64,000 nt of DNA from a virus, in the IMG/VR virus record IMGVR_UViG_3300042691_008788, positions 1-64,000 of that record; one strand, given 5' to 3'. The notes beneath the pieces are model-generated. The model had not been told where the DNA came from. It searched no databases and saw nothing but the letters and a program-made list of their open reading frames with translations. The translations under genes were made by a program, and so were the position numbers. This document shows positions 37,218 to 46,462 of the stretch, piece after piece. Every line of letters starts with the position of its first letter. The stretch's first letter is position 1.

Positions 37218-38204
37218 ATGGCAATCAATAGAGACGCATACAAGTCACTCGTAGAGTCAGTCAATGAGGCTGTCTCTGCACCATCAGTGGGTGCATCAAA
37301 GGGTGCAGCCCGTGTAAGAGGCGGAAGAACTTCCTCGACTGCATCATCCAAGCCATCGAATCTCCAATGGGGTTCATCGGCAATCGGTGGAGCAATGAAC
37401 GCAACTGAACTTGCACAATGGCTTGCATCACAGCAAGGAAGTGGAAAGCAAGGCCCATCAGTCGGCGTTGCTGACACAGCAATGGGTGTTGCGAAGGGAT
37501 CGGCAGCAAAGAACCTCTCCAGCGTATCTGGAAGAGGTGGCTCAAACACACAGCGTGCAGCAGCATCATCTTCTGGGTGGGGTGGCTCTGGTGTCTACGG
37601 TGCAAAGAATGCAGAAGATCTTGCCCGTATCCTAAATCAAATGCAGAATGATGGGCCATCTGTTTCGACGGGTGCATCAAAGGGTGGCATGAAGTCACGA
37701 AACAATCCACTCTCAAGTCGCAAGCCAGGATCAACGAGTTCATCTAAGCCAGCAGCAAAGAAGCCAACCGTTTCCGTTGCTGATGTTCAAGAAGCACTTG
37801 ATATCCTTGCAGAGGCTCAACTAAACGAGTGGCCGATCAATATTGGTGGCCGCACTGCAAACAATGCATCTGAACTTGCACAGATCCTAAACTCAATGCA
37901 GAATTCAGGAAAGCCATCGGGTTCAACTCCATCTGTTTCTAAGGGAGTTGCTGGTGCTGCCCCAAGAGGAAACCTCCTATCAAACCGTAGACCAGGTACA
38001 ACTACAACGGCAAAGCCAGCACCAAAGGCTCCAACAGTTGGAGTTGGTGGCATAGGAGCAATGTCTGAAGAATGGGACATCCTTGACGAGATCCTCGCAG
38101 AAGGTCTTGAACTCTACGGGGAAGAAGGACTCGCAGAGATCCTTGCTCACTTCGCAGAGACTGGCGAGATGTCCGAAGAACTCGCTGATCTTCTTGGCGA
38201 ATAA
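37218..38204 (+). CDS. Gly/Ser/Ala-rich protein with three NA.(E/D)LA..L...Q repeats; probable head protein
   Basis: ACTAAATA late promoter at 37138; VNE|A and LNE|W junctions; acidic C-terminus. Confidence 0.75.
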   Translation: MAINRDAYKSLVESVNEAVSAPSVGASKGAARVRGGRTSSTASSKPSNLQWGSSAIGGAMNATELAQWLASQQGSGKQGPSVGVADTAMGVAKGSAAKNLSSVSGRGGSNTQRAAASSSGWGGSGVYGAKNAEDLARILNQMQNDGPSVSTGASKGGMKSRNNPLSSRKPGSTSSSKPAAKKPTVSVADVQEALDILAEAQLNEWPINIGGRTANNASELAQILNSMQNSGKPSGSTPSVSKGVAGAAPRGNLLSNRRPGTTTTAKPAPKAPTVGVGGIGAMSEEWDILDEILAEGLELYGEEGLAEILAHFAETGEMSEELADLLGE

Positions 38205-38226
38205 TCAAACTTAGTTAAACTTAGTC

Positions 38227-38262
38227 ACAAGGGGAGAGGGTAAAACCTCTCCCCTGTTATTT
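38227..38262 (+). terminator. Intrinsic terminator
   Basis: AGGGGAGAGG-GTAAAA-CCTCTCCCCT then GTTATTT. Confidence 0.8.
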
Positions 38263-38274
38263 CATAAATACATC

Positions 38275-39318
38275 ATGGAGGATTATCTTGGAATGGCCGA
38301 TTCTTTAACATCAAGCATCACTAGAGTTCTCATGGAGAGTCATGATACGGACTTGTCTGGCAAGTTCTCATTATTCACTCTTTATTCGGACAACAGTTCA
38401 GTTCTTCACATCTTCGAAGACGAGGAAACCTTTGAAGCCATGAAATACAAGTTTTCATCAGATGACAACATCAAGCGTCTCGGTGCCTCAAGGTTGCCAG
38501 AGAACACTACCTTCAAGAAACTTTCAGAATCAATAGAGCGCAAGTTCGATGTGCCAAGAGAAACAATCTCAGTCCGCACACACGATCCCATGCCCAAGGA
38601 ACAGCCACAGCCCAAGAAGGTTGTGAATGAAATGAGGAAGGCTCCCATGCAGCCCAAGAAGGGTTCCGTGGTAGAGAGCGTCCTCAAGGGCAGAGAAAGA
38701 TTCTCAAACCAACCAAGACAGCAGATGCCTCAGATGGAGGCACCCAAGGAAGAGCCTACAATCAACTCCTTCCGCCCCGCAACGAACCAAAAAATAGATC
38801 TGTCCAAGTTGAACAGCGGCGACAGACCAATGCTAGGATGAACCATGGCCGAAAAGAAAGATAAAGAATCAAAAGAGAAGTCATCATCCAACGAGAAAAC
38901 ATATCTCGTCAAGTACAGGCTCAAGGGCGAGAAGGGAAGGACTCCTCGCAAGATCACTGTACAGGCATTGAACCAAGCCGATGCCAAGAAGACTGCAATA
39001 GCAACCATTCCTGGTGCAGAAGTTGTCGGTGGGGCAAAGGAACTCAGCGAAGGTGTGCTTGACTTTGCGGGTCGATTGGGTAAGTTTGCAAGTAGATGCG
39101 CTGGTAGACTCTGCCATGCCTATTCAAGTAGCCCAATCAGGGACAAGGGAAGCATCTCCACCACAAGAAAGATATTCACAAGAGAACTAGCCCACATGGC
39201 TGGAAACAAACTCATGGATATTGGTGGAGAAGATGCAAGACCAATGTCAAAGATGCGATTCTCAAGTGGCAGAAAGAAGAAAAAGACAACTACTAGAAAA
39301 AAGAAACGATCACCATAA
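38275..39318 (+). CDS. Two late hypothetical genes (38275/38293-38841, 38845-39318)
   Basis: CATAAATA late promoter at 38263; LME|S and LSE|G junctions. Confidence 0.7.
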
Positions 39319-39333
39319 TACTTGAGGTGAGTA

Positions 39334-40485
39334 ATGGCATTTGAATACAAACCAAAAGACTTTGGATTTTCTGGTAAAGAAATCGCATTTGAGCAGTATG
39401 TAAAAACTGTTAAGTCTGTAGTGAATAAACTATCAAGCAAAGATCATCCTGTAAGATACATGATGTCACTTGTTGAACATGCCAATGGCGAGATAAGCAA
39501 TGCAGATCTTAAAAAAGTCTGCGATGCAACTAAACTCAGCACCGCACAAAAAAACAATATACAAAAATACTTTGCTGAAGTTGTTGGTCCTATTTGGTCA
39601 ACGCAGAACAATGTATTTGGTGATACGCCAAATCCCAAGAAATGTTTTGTGTTTCATCCATCTGCGGCAAATACTCCATTGACTGATTATGAAGTTCGTA
39701 TCGTTGGTAGCGATGGTAAAAAAACAGCACATGCTAGACAAAGTACAAAGAAAAAACTAAACGAAGCAAACTCTGCTATGCGTTCGATGAGAATATCGGC
39801 AAAGTCTGGCACCACTACCAACACAGTAAAAGCAAAAGACATACTCAGTGTTCTTCGTGAAAGAAATGGTATAAACGAAAAAAACTGGAAGGGGTCTGTG
39901 GAAGAACAATTACTTGAGGTTATTGCAGACTCAAGCACTTCAGTTGGTCCATTGAGTGGTGCCATATTACTCACTCAGAAGAAAGTAATTACCAACTATA
40001 CTCCTACCACAACTCTACAAAAACTTGTGGATACTTTGTCTTCGGGCGGAACAGCAAAGACATTACTAGGAAAGTCTGTTGATACTGTGCTAAATGACAA
40101 AGAAGTTCAGTCTCTAAAGCCAATAGTAGAGGCAGAAAAATCACTGAATCACTTCATAAACAACAAAGGAAAAGTAGTTACTCATTCAAACAAGGATTCA
40201 TTGATTGTTGGATATATCTGCGTTGCAGTAGAAAGATATCTGCAAAAGATATCACAAAAATCAGATAAACTCGAACTTGATGGGATTTTTTCAGATGCTA
40301 TTGGTGGCATCATAAACTATGTTGAGTTCACCATTGATTCTTCCAATTTTCCAAAATGGAAATATTATGGAATGAAAGAATTGAACAACATAGATGGTTA
40401 CTTGCGTTCAAAGAATAGTCTATCAACTCGTTTGGCAAAGCGAGGAATGGCCGACTCACTTGGATTCCAACCTGTATTCAAATAA
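39334..40485 (+). CDS. PD-(D/E)XK nuclease-like protein
   Basis: FAEV.GP...P..N.PL.DY...ISAKSG pattern; AT-rich. Confidence 0.55.
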   Translation: MAFEYKPKDFGFSGKEIAFEQYVKTVKSVVNKLSSKDHPVRYMMSLVEHANGEISNADLKKVCDATKLSTAQKNNIQKYFAEVVGPIWSTQNNVFGDTPNPKKCFVFHPSAANTPLTDYEVRIVGSDGKKTAHARQSTKKKLNEANSAMRSMRISAKSGTTTNTVKAKDILSVLRERNGINEKNWKGSVEEQLLEVIADSSTSVGPLSGAILLTQKKVITNYTPTTTLQKLVDTLSSGGTAKTLLGKSVDTVLNDKEVQSLKPIVEAEKSLNHFINNKGKVVTHSNKDSLIVGYICVAVERYLQKISQKSDKLELDGIFSDAIGGIINYVEFTIDSSNFPKWKYYGMKELNNIDGYLRSKNSLSTRLAKRGMADSLGFQPVFK

Positions 40486-40498
40486 CCTAAATATTTGC

Positions 40499-41074
40499 AT
40501 GGGTCATGAACTACACATCATCGCGGGAATCGACTACTCGTTGTGTGGTCCTTGCATCTGCGTCTTTGAAGGTGGTGCAAAGTTCTCGTTCGATGACTGC
40601 TGCTTCTACTTCCTGACAGATACCAAGAAGTATGCAAAGGTTTTTCTTGGAAACATCCACGGAGAGTTGTTCTCTGAGTGGGAACAAGACATGGAGCGGT
40701 ATCAGAGCATCGCTGATTGGGCTGTGGATATCCTCAAGAATGTCAAGCAAGTCGCACTTGAGGGATATGCATACTCAGCCACGGGAAAGGTCTTCCACAT
40801 CGCTGAGAACACGGGAGTCCTAAAGTACAAGTTGTTCAGTGAAGGCATTCCCGTGACTATCATACCACCAACAGAAGTGAAGAAGTTCGGTAGTGGCAAG
40901 GGCAATGCTGACAAGACCGCTATGCATGAGGCATTTCTAAAGGAAACGGGAATCGACCTCAAGGCCATCATGACACCCGACAAGAGAGATGTTGCATCCC
41001 CCGTGTCTGATATCGTTGATGCCTACTACATCTGCAAGAAGATGCACGGCGAGTTGATCCTATCGTCTATTTGA
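40499..41074 (+). CDS. RuvC-like (RNase H fold) Holliday junction resolvase
   Basis: GIDYSL, ALEGYAY, AENTG.LK, P..VKKF..GKGNADK, DIVDA. Confidence 0.85.
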   Translation: MGHELHIIAGIDYSLCGPCICVFEGGAKFSFDDCCFYFLTDTKKYAKVFLGNIHGELFSEWEQDMERYQSIADWAVDILKNVKQVALEGYAYSATGKVFHIAENTGVLKYKLFSEGIPVTIIPPTEVKKFGSGKGNADKTAMHEAFLKETGIDLKAIMTPDKRDVASPVSDIVDAYYICKKMHGELILSSI

Positions 41075-41945
41075 CGAGTTTGGATCTAATCTCCTTGACG
41101 ATCTTCTGAGTCGATGCCTTCTGAACCTTACGAGCAATACCATCATCACCGAAGATCTTGTTCTTGACCTCTTCGGGAACCTCGGTCTTGATGCTCTCAA
41201 GCAACTGCACATTGTCGGCAACTGCTTCCTCTGTCTTCTTGGAGCGGAAGATGAGATATCCAACTGAGCCAGCGGATACAAGGAATCCTATGATGAAGAC
41301 CACAAGACCAACGGTTGCGATCTCCTGATAGTAGTATTGATTTGCGGCAGCAAGACCAACAGATACGAATCCAGCGCATAGAATCATACCACCGATTATT
41401 CTGTGGAAGTATGCGACGATCATGCCAGCGACGATCATGGCAAAGCCAACCATCCAGAAGATGCGAACGATCTTCTGAATCTCTGCTGTGGAAGCAGCCA
41501 CAAGATCATCGTATTTCTTCTTCCAATCGCTGTTGGTTTTTTCAAGTTCTTGGATCTGATTAAGCAATGGCTGAGTCTTCTCTGCCACTATCTCTTGCTT
41601 GACCATCTCTGTTTCTTTCTGTATTGAGATGGTTGCATTCTCGACCTTGTTGCTCTCGACAACGATCTTAGATGCCTCTTCGGTTATCTTTGGATCATCC
41701 GTGCTGTCCTTGATGATCGTTGCTGATTCACTTATAGCAACCGCAGATTGCTTGATTTGCTCTGTTTCGGCAGCAATGTTCTCAGTAGCAGTCTCAACCT
41801 TCTCAATGTTTTGATACACGGTTGTTGCAACTGGTGTGGTTGGCTTCTCTATCTTTGGTGTAGATGGTGTAGATGTACACTTGACACCCATCATCATGAC
41901 TCCAAGTGTAAATATCGCGGCCACTCGCATCATCATGTTGTTCAT
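41067..41945 (-). CDS. Lipoprotein-like membrane protein: lipobox, coiled coil, C-terminal TM helices
   Basis: Hydrophobic signal ending GVK-C; long coiled coil; three hydrophobic segments. Confidence 0.7.
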   Translation of the reverse strand: MNNMMMRVAAIFTLGVMMMGVKCTSTPSTPKIEKPTTPVATTVYQNIEKVETATENIAAETEQIKQSAVAISESATIIKDSTDDPKITEEASKIVVESNKVENATISIQKETEMVKQEIVAEKTQPLLNQIQELEKTNSDWKKKYDDLVAASTAEIQKIVRIFWMVGFAMIVAGMIVAYFHRIIGGMILCAGFVSVGLAAANQYYYQEIATVGLVVFIIGFLVSAGSVGYLIFRSKKTEEAVADNVQLLESIKTEVPEEVKNKIFGDDGIARKVQKASTQKIVKEIRSKLVK

Positions 41946-41946
41946 A

Positions 41947-43721
41947 TCATCGCACCATCGACTTTCTTTTCTTCAAAGACTTTGCTCTCTTGCGGTTTGC
42001 TGCTGCTCTCTTCTTCTTGGACTTGCGAGCAGACTTCTTTGCTTGTCTTGACCTCTTGGCTTTCTCAGCCCCACCCATCTTGATGCAAGCCTTGCCACCA
42101 CGCTTTGCCAACTTCTGTCCCTCTGGACACTTGAAGACGATGCGCTTCTTTCCACCACGAATGACGATCTTGCGCTTTGCACCCTCGGCAAGCATCTCAA
42201 GTTCCTCGACGGGAATCAAATCAACTACCTGATCCATGGTGATGTCATCAACGCCATGAATGATGTAGTGTGTCTCCGTGAGCGAGGTGTTCGTGATGTC
42301 GAGTGACAACTTCATCTCATTCACTGGTTCGGACTGCTGTCCCTTGGCGAACCTTGGATTCTCAAAGTTTTTCTTGGGGAATCCCTTCGGACCCTGACGA
42401 ACCAACTTGACCTGTGTGGCATTCTTACCCTTGCCAAGCGTGGATACGAGTCCCTCATGCTCCTCGCCATCATGTGTCTTTATGTCGAACTGATGCTCAT
42501 GCCCACGGAACTCATCAAGCATGTGGTGAGTTGCCTGAGCGATGTGATGGTGTGCCTTGAACAATGCCTTGAAGTGGTGGACATTGTCATCGATGTCCTT
42601 GTGCAGTTCACCGAGTTTCTTTGCCCTACCCTTCTCGCTCTTTGTGGTTCTGTCAACCCACTTCTTTGCATGAGCCTTCAACCCTTCGACGCTGCGGAGT
42701 CCCGTTGTCCTTGCTGCGGTGTTGGAGTAGTTCCTCACCATGTCATGCATCTGCGAGTGAACACCTTCTCCACTTGCAAGCCTACGGGAGAACTCATGCA
42801 CTTCTGGAGTCAGGTGCTTCTGTGCGGCGGCAAGATGCTTGGTGATCTGCCTGTCGCGATTCGCTGCAAGGGACAACTTGATCTTCTTGTTGATGGCAAG
42901 ATCGGGAGCATGGACTCCTTCACCCTGTATCTGACTCACATCTGGATGGCTTGAGACTTTCTTCATGCCTTTGTTCCTGTCTTGGGAAGTTTATACTGCG
43001 AGTGAGCGGCAATGGTCAATGTCGCACCAGGCTTTGTCTTGTAGGTGATCGTATTTGGCTTTGCTGTTTCCGATTTGGTATCGGTATGATGGACGAGATC
43101 AGCCTGAAATGCATGACCAGGCTCGATGTTCATCTTCTTGACATGACGCAGAGCGGGTATGAGGTCACGGACATAGTGTTCCTTGCCTGTCTTATGAATG
43201 TCTTCCTCGCTTGTGAAGGTGGCATCCTCATTGCCGTGCTTGGAGCGGACAAAATGAGTTCCATCATGATGGCGACCTATCACGATGCTGTGACCGCCAT
43301 CGACCTTGAGGGATGGTTGATGTCCCTTGGTGATCTTGCCCTTGAACCTCTGATGCATGGCAGTCATGTGCTTCATGGCAACCGATGGATCACCATGGTA
43401 GAGATAGTCCGCGACATGTTCAAGATGTCCCGTGGTGGCTTTCTTGCTCCTCTTGAGTGCCATCTCCATGAGATCGGACTTTTGCTTTGGCTTCCTGCGC
43501 CAGATGCCTCTACCAAACTCTCTTTGCTTGTACTTGGGGGAGACAGGCTCGCCATCCGAAACCATGGCAAGACCAGGAGCAGAGGCCGTGTTTGCAACCT
43601 CTTCATCAAAGAACATCTCAAGGATATCCATCTTGTCTTGGTCGAGCATTGCCTCTGCAACAAGAAGCCGTGCCTCGGCTTCGATGCTCTCAACAAGGAA
43701 TCTTTCGTAACTCTTGCTCAT
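41947..43721 (-). CDS. DUF6267-type (RNA-ligase-like, KxDG) protein, split by an apparent frameshift at about 42975 into 42963-43721 and 41947-42966
   Basis: HLEH, SLKVDG, QADL, PNTITY, EHEG.V and KLV motifs run in order across the two ORFs. Confidence 0.7.
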
Positions 43722-44095
43722 ATTTTCCTCAGTTCCTCCAGCAGTCCCTGTTCCATGGGAATGGCCGCTAGATCTGCTTCTGGTATCTCAAGGTGAAGAA
43801 CATTCAGAAAATATAGAAATGTCTTCAATCTCGGGTAAAACTTCTCTTCCATTCTGTAGAAGAGTATTCTATTTCCCTCTTCTATTCCAAACACATTCGT
43901 CATTATGATGAGATGATTCAGTATCAACCTGTTTCTCTGTCCAAGATCGCCATCTTCACGATTCATCAGCCTCTTTATGTACTTGATCCTGTCTAAATCC
44001 TCATAGAACTCCTCAAGGGAGCCGCATTGAGGATTGTCATAATGTTGAAGGGCGAAGGACAGGAAGTCCTCATCACAAAGAGGCTTTTCACACAT
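43718..44095 (-). CDS. Conserved T4-like hypothetical protein
   Basis: FA..HYDNPQC...EEFYEDL.R.KYIKRL...RLILNH.I...NVFG. Confidence 0.85.
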   Translation of the reverse strand: MCEKPLCDEDFLSFALQHYDNPQCGSLEEFYEDLDRIKYIKRLMNREDGDLGQRNRLILNHLIIMTNVFGIEEGNRILFYRMEEKFYPRLKTFLYFLNVLHLEIPEADLAAIPMEQGLLEELRKI

Positions 44096-44101
44096 GATGG
44101 A

Positions 44102-44617
44102 TTAGTCGTGCTTGCCTTTTGAAGATGCCATATAAAGTTCGGCATCGATCATGTAGAGTCCACCAGGAACCATCGATGTCTTGATCTTCAACTTGCCGTG
44201 CATACGAGAGCGGAGGAAGATCTCGTCATCGATGTACTGATCACCAGTGACTGGATGATCGCTTGTCTTTCTTCCATACTGATACACATTGTATGTTCCG
44301 TCTCTTCCATTCAACATGAAGTTTTCGTCTCCGTCATCGACATGAAGACCGATTGTCTGCAACTGAAGAAAGAGGCGATTCAATCTGTCGCTTGGATCAA
44401 GATGGGTACCAGATACGAATCTCTTGATGAATGCATTGATGACTTGCATATTCTCTGGCTTCTCGACATAGAACAAGGCGCGGTCATCGATAGCAGACCT
44501 GTGGTTTGTGTTGTATGTGGACTCAAGAAGAGCCTCAATAAGGGTCTGATTGCGACTCTTGTCCAAGGTATTTGATGCTACATCTGCCAACGAGTCTCTG
44601 CGCGTGAATGGGTTCAT
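44102..44617 (-). CDS. Hypothetical late protein
   Basis: GGAGA RBS before MNPFTRR. Confidence 0.65.
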   Translation of the reverse strand: MNPFTRRDSLADVASNTLDKSRNQTLIEALLESTYNTNHRSAIDDRALFYVEKPENMQVINAFIKRFVSGTHLDPSDRLNRLFLQLQTIGLHVDDGDENFMLNGRDGTYNVYQYGRKTSDHPVTGDQYIDDEIFLRSRMHGKLKIKTSMVPGGLYMIDAELYMASSKGKHD

Positions 44618-44708
44618 TTGAATCTCCGTGAATTTATAAAAATATGTATAAAAGAAAACGGTGGCATTGCTGCCACCGTATCCCTGATCCTTGCTTGTGG
44701 TCAGTTGT

Positions 44709-44822
44709 TCACTTGTTCCAAGGAAGTTTGGTCGAAACCCACTTCCAGAGTGGCGCACCGATGAGCGCACCAGCAACGAACATTAGAACACTCCACCAAG
44801 CCGTACCTAGAAAATCTGCCAT
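44709..44822 (-). CDS. 37-aa single-pass membrane protein
   Basis: Not in ORF track; AAGGAG RBS; MADFLGTAWWSVLMFVAGALIGAPLWKWVSTKLPWNK. Confidence 0.7.
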   Translation of the reverse strand: MADFLGTAWWSVLMFVAGALIGAPLWKWVSTKLPWNK

Positions 44823-44926
44823 TTGTTTCTCCTTTGTAAATAGAAACCCTATACATCTATATATGGTTGGATTTCGGGATTTCCTAAATCGACCCCATGC
44901 TAAATATGATTAGGAGGAATCTCTAT

Positions 44927-45151
44927 ATGAATATGCAGTACACAGAATCATTCAATATCCCAACTGGAGGATGGACAGGCGGGGCAAGTGGTATTCTAAA
45001 TGGAACAACCGCTGGCATCACCGCAGACATTCGTCTATGGCGCGACAATTCCGCCACAGCAGCAAGACGAGTCAGCCTTGCACCAGGCGAGATTCTACCA
45101 GTAAAGGTTCGCTATGTCAATCACAACTCGACGGTGACTGGATTCAACTGA
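44927..45151 (+). CDS. Small late (structural-type) protein
   Basis: CTAAATA promoter, AGGAGG RBS; G.ILPVKV..V motif. Confidence 0.65.
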   Translation: MNMQYTESFNIPTGGWTGGASGILNGTTAGITADIRLWRDNSATAARRVSLAPGEILPVKVRYVNHNSTVTGFN

Positions 45152-45798
45152 TACCACTGCTTGTACAACTGAATCGCTCTAAGAAGCCCAGGGACACCCT
45201 CCGTGGGCTTCTTTATAAATTCTTGTAGAGTTCCTGTCTCACAGGCAATCAGGATCACAACCTGTTCGATCTTGCGTCCCGTGAGTTCCTGAAACATCAA
45301 GGAATATGCCGTGGCTTGCTGAAAGTAGTTCTTGATCCCACTCTCGTACTTCTCGCGAGTGGAACCCTTGAAGTCAACCACTGATAGTTTCCCATCGTAG
45401 TCGCAGATGCAGTCCACTCGACCCGCAAGACCCACGCTCTCACTCCACATGTGCTGTTCAAGTGCATAGACATTGTCGATCTTGGATTCAACATGGCTCT
45501 TGAGCATTTCATAGAGTTCATTAACAGCAGAATGTTCGCAAAGAGCAACATCCTCGTTCTTGAGGAGATGTTCCATCATTGAGTGAATGAGGTTTCCGCG
45601 ATCAACAACTCTCTGTGCCTCGCGTGGATTCGATCTTTTCCATATCTCAATTCCGTCCTTGCCTTCGAATCCCGTGACCGTGGTGACGGATGGTAGATGC
45701 TTTCCCGATGGCGTAATGTAGACTCTTCCGTTCTTTGTTTCAAGAACTTTTAGTTCGGGGAGGTTGAGTTGGATTGGTTGGTAGTTATATTGCTTCAA
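45121..45798 (-). CDS. PD-(D/E)XK exonuclease (Cas4/lambda-exo-like)
   Basis: PSVTTV, RG..IH, AGRVDC, VVDFK, YFQQ..AY. Confidence 0.9.
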   Translation of the reverse strand: MKQYNYQPIQLNLPELKVLETKNGRVYITPSGKHLPSVTTVTGFEGKDGIEIWKRSNPREAQRVVDRGNLIHSMMEHLLKNEDVALCEHSAVNELYEMLKSHVESKIDNVYALEQHMWSESVGLAGRVDCICDYDGKLSVVDFKGSTREKYESGIKNYFQQATAYSLMFQELTGRKIEQVVILIACETGTLQEFIKKPTEGVPGLLRAIQLYKQWYQLNPVTVEL

Positions 45799-46270
45799 TC
45801 ATTTGTCCATTTCACATGGAGGAGTAGGAAAGTCTCTGCTCCTCTTTGATATATCCATCATCTGACCTGGTGTACGAACCTTGGTCTTCTTATCTACATC
45901 CTTCTTCTCGGAAAGCACTTCCTTGAAGTGGGCCACAGTCTCACTAACGGACATGTTATTGTAACGCGCTTCTCTTATGATGTCAACATAGTTCTGATTA
46001 GAAACTATTGCTTGCCACGGAAGATTCATTCTATCGGCACAACGACGAGCAAACGAGTAATCAGACTCATGCTTCTCTGTCAGTTTCTTCTTTCGTGCCA
46101 TTTGATTTCTTCCTTTTTGGCATCTTTGGATTTAACAAAGATTTTTTATCTTTCTCCGTCAACCCAAAGAATCCGATATCCATGAGCAACTTGATTCTTT
46201 CTTTCTTCAACTGATCGTCAGAAGCAAGTATGGTCTTCAATGATTCAATGAGTTGCTTGTCTTTCTTCAT
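45799..46270 (-). CDS. Two small hypothetical genes (45799-46101, 46067-46270)
   Basis: RBS AGGAAG; late promoter CCTAAATA upstream of 46270. Confidence 0.6.
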
Positions 46271-46302
46271 GCCAGTATTTAGGGTAAGAGATCTTTGTGG
46301 AT

Positions 46303-46337
46303 AAAAAAACTGCCTCTTGCGTTTAGACAAGAGGCAG
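46303..46337 (-). terminator. Intrinsic terminator downstream of gp32
   Basis: CTGCCTCTTG...CAAGAGGCAG then T7 on the minus strand. Confidence 0.85.
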
Positions 46338-46462
46338 CGGTAGCGAAGTTCCTTGTTCGGGTGAGTTACCTCCCGACGCGCAGTGAATAGCGTAACGACG
46401 CTTGCACTGTCCCCACGCCGACTCAGTGAGAAGACTGGGGCGAACACCAATATGTATAAAAA

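Noticed and set aside
45121-45798. Cas4-like nuclease as evidence of a CRISPR system
   Set aside because: A routine stand-alone exonuclease of T4-like phages; lacks the Fe-S cysteine set, and no array was seen.
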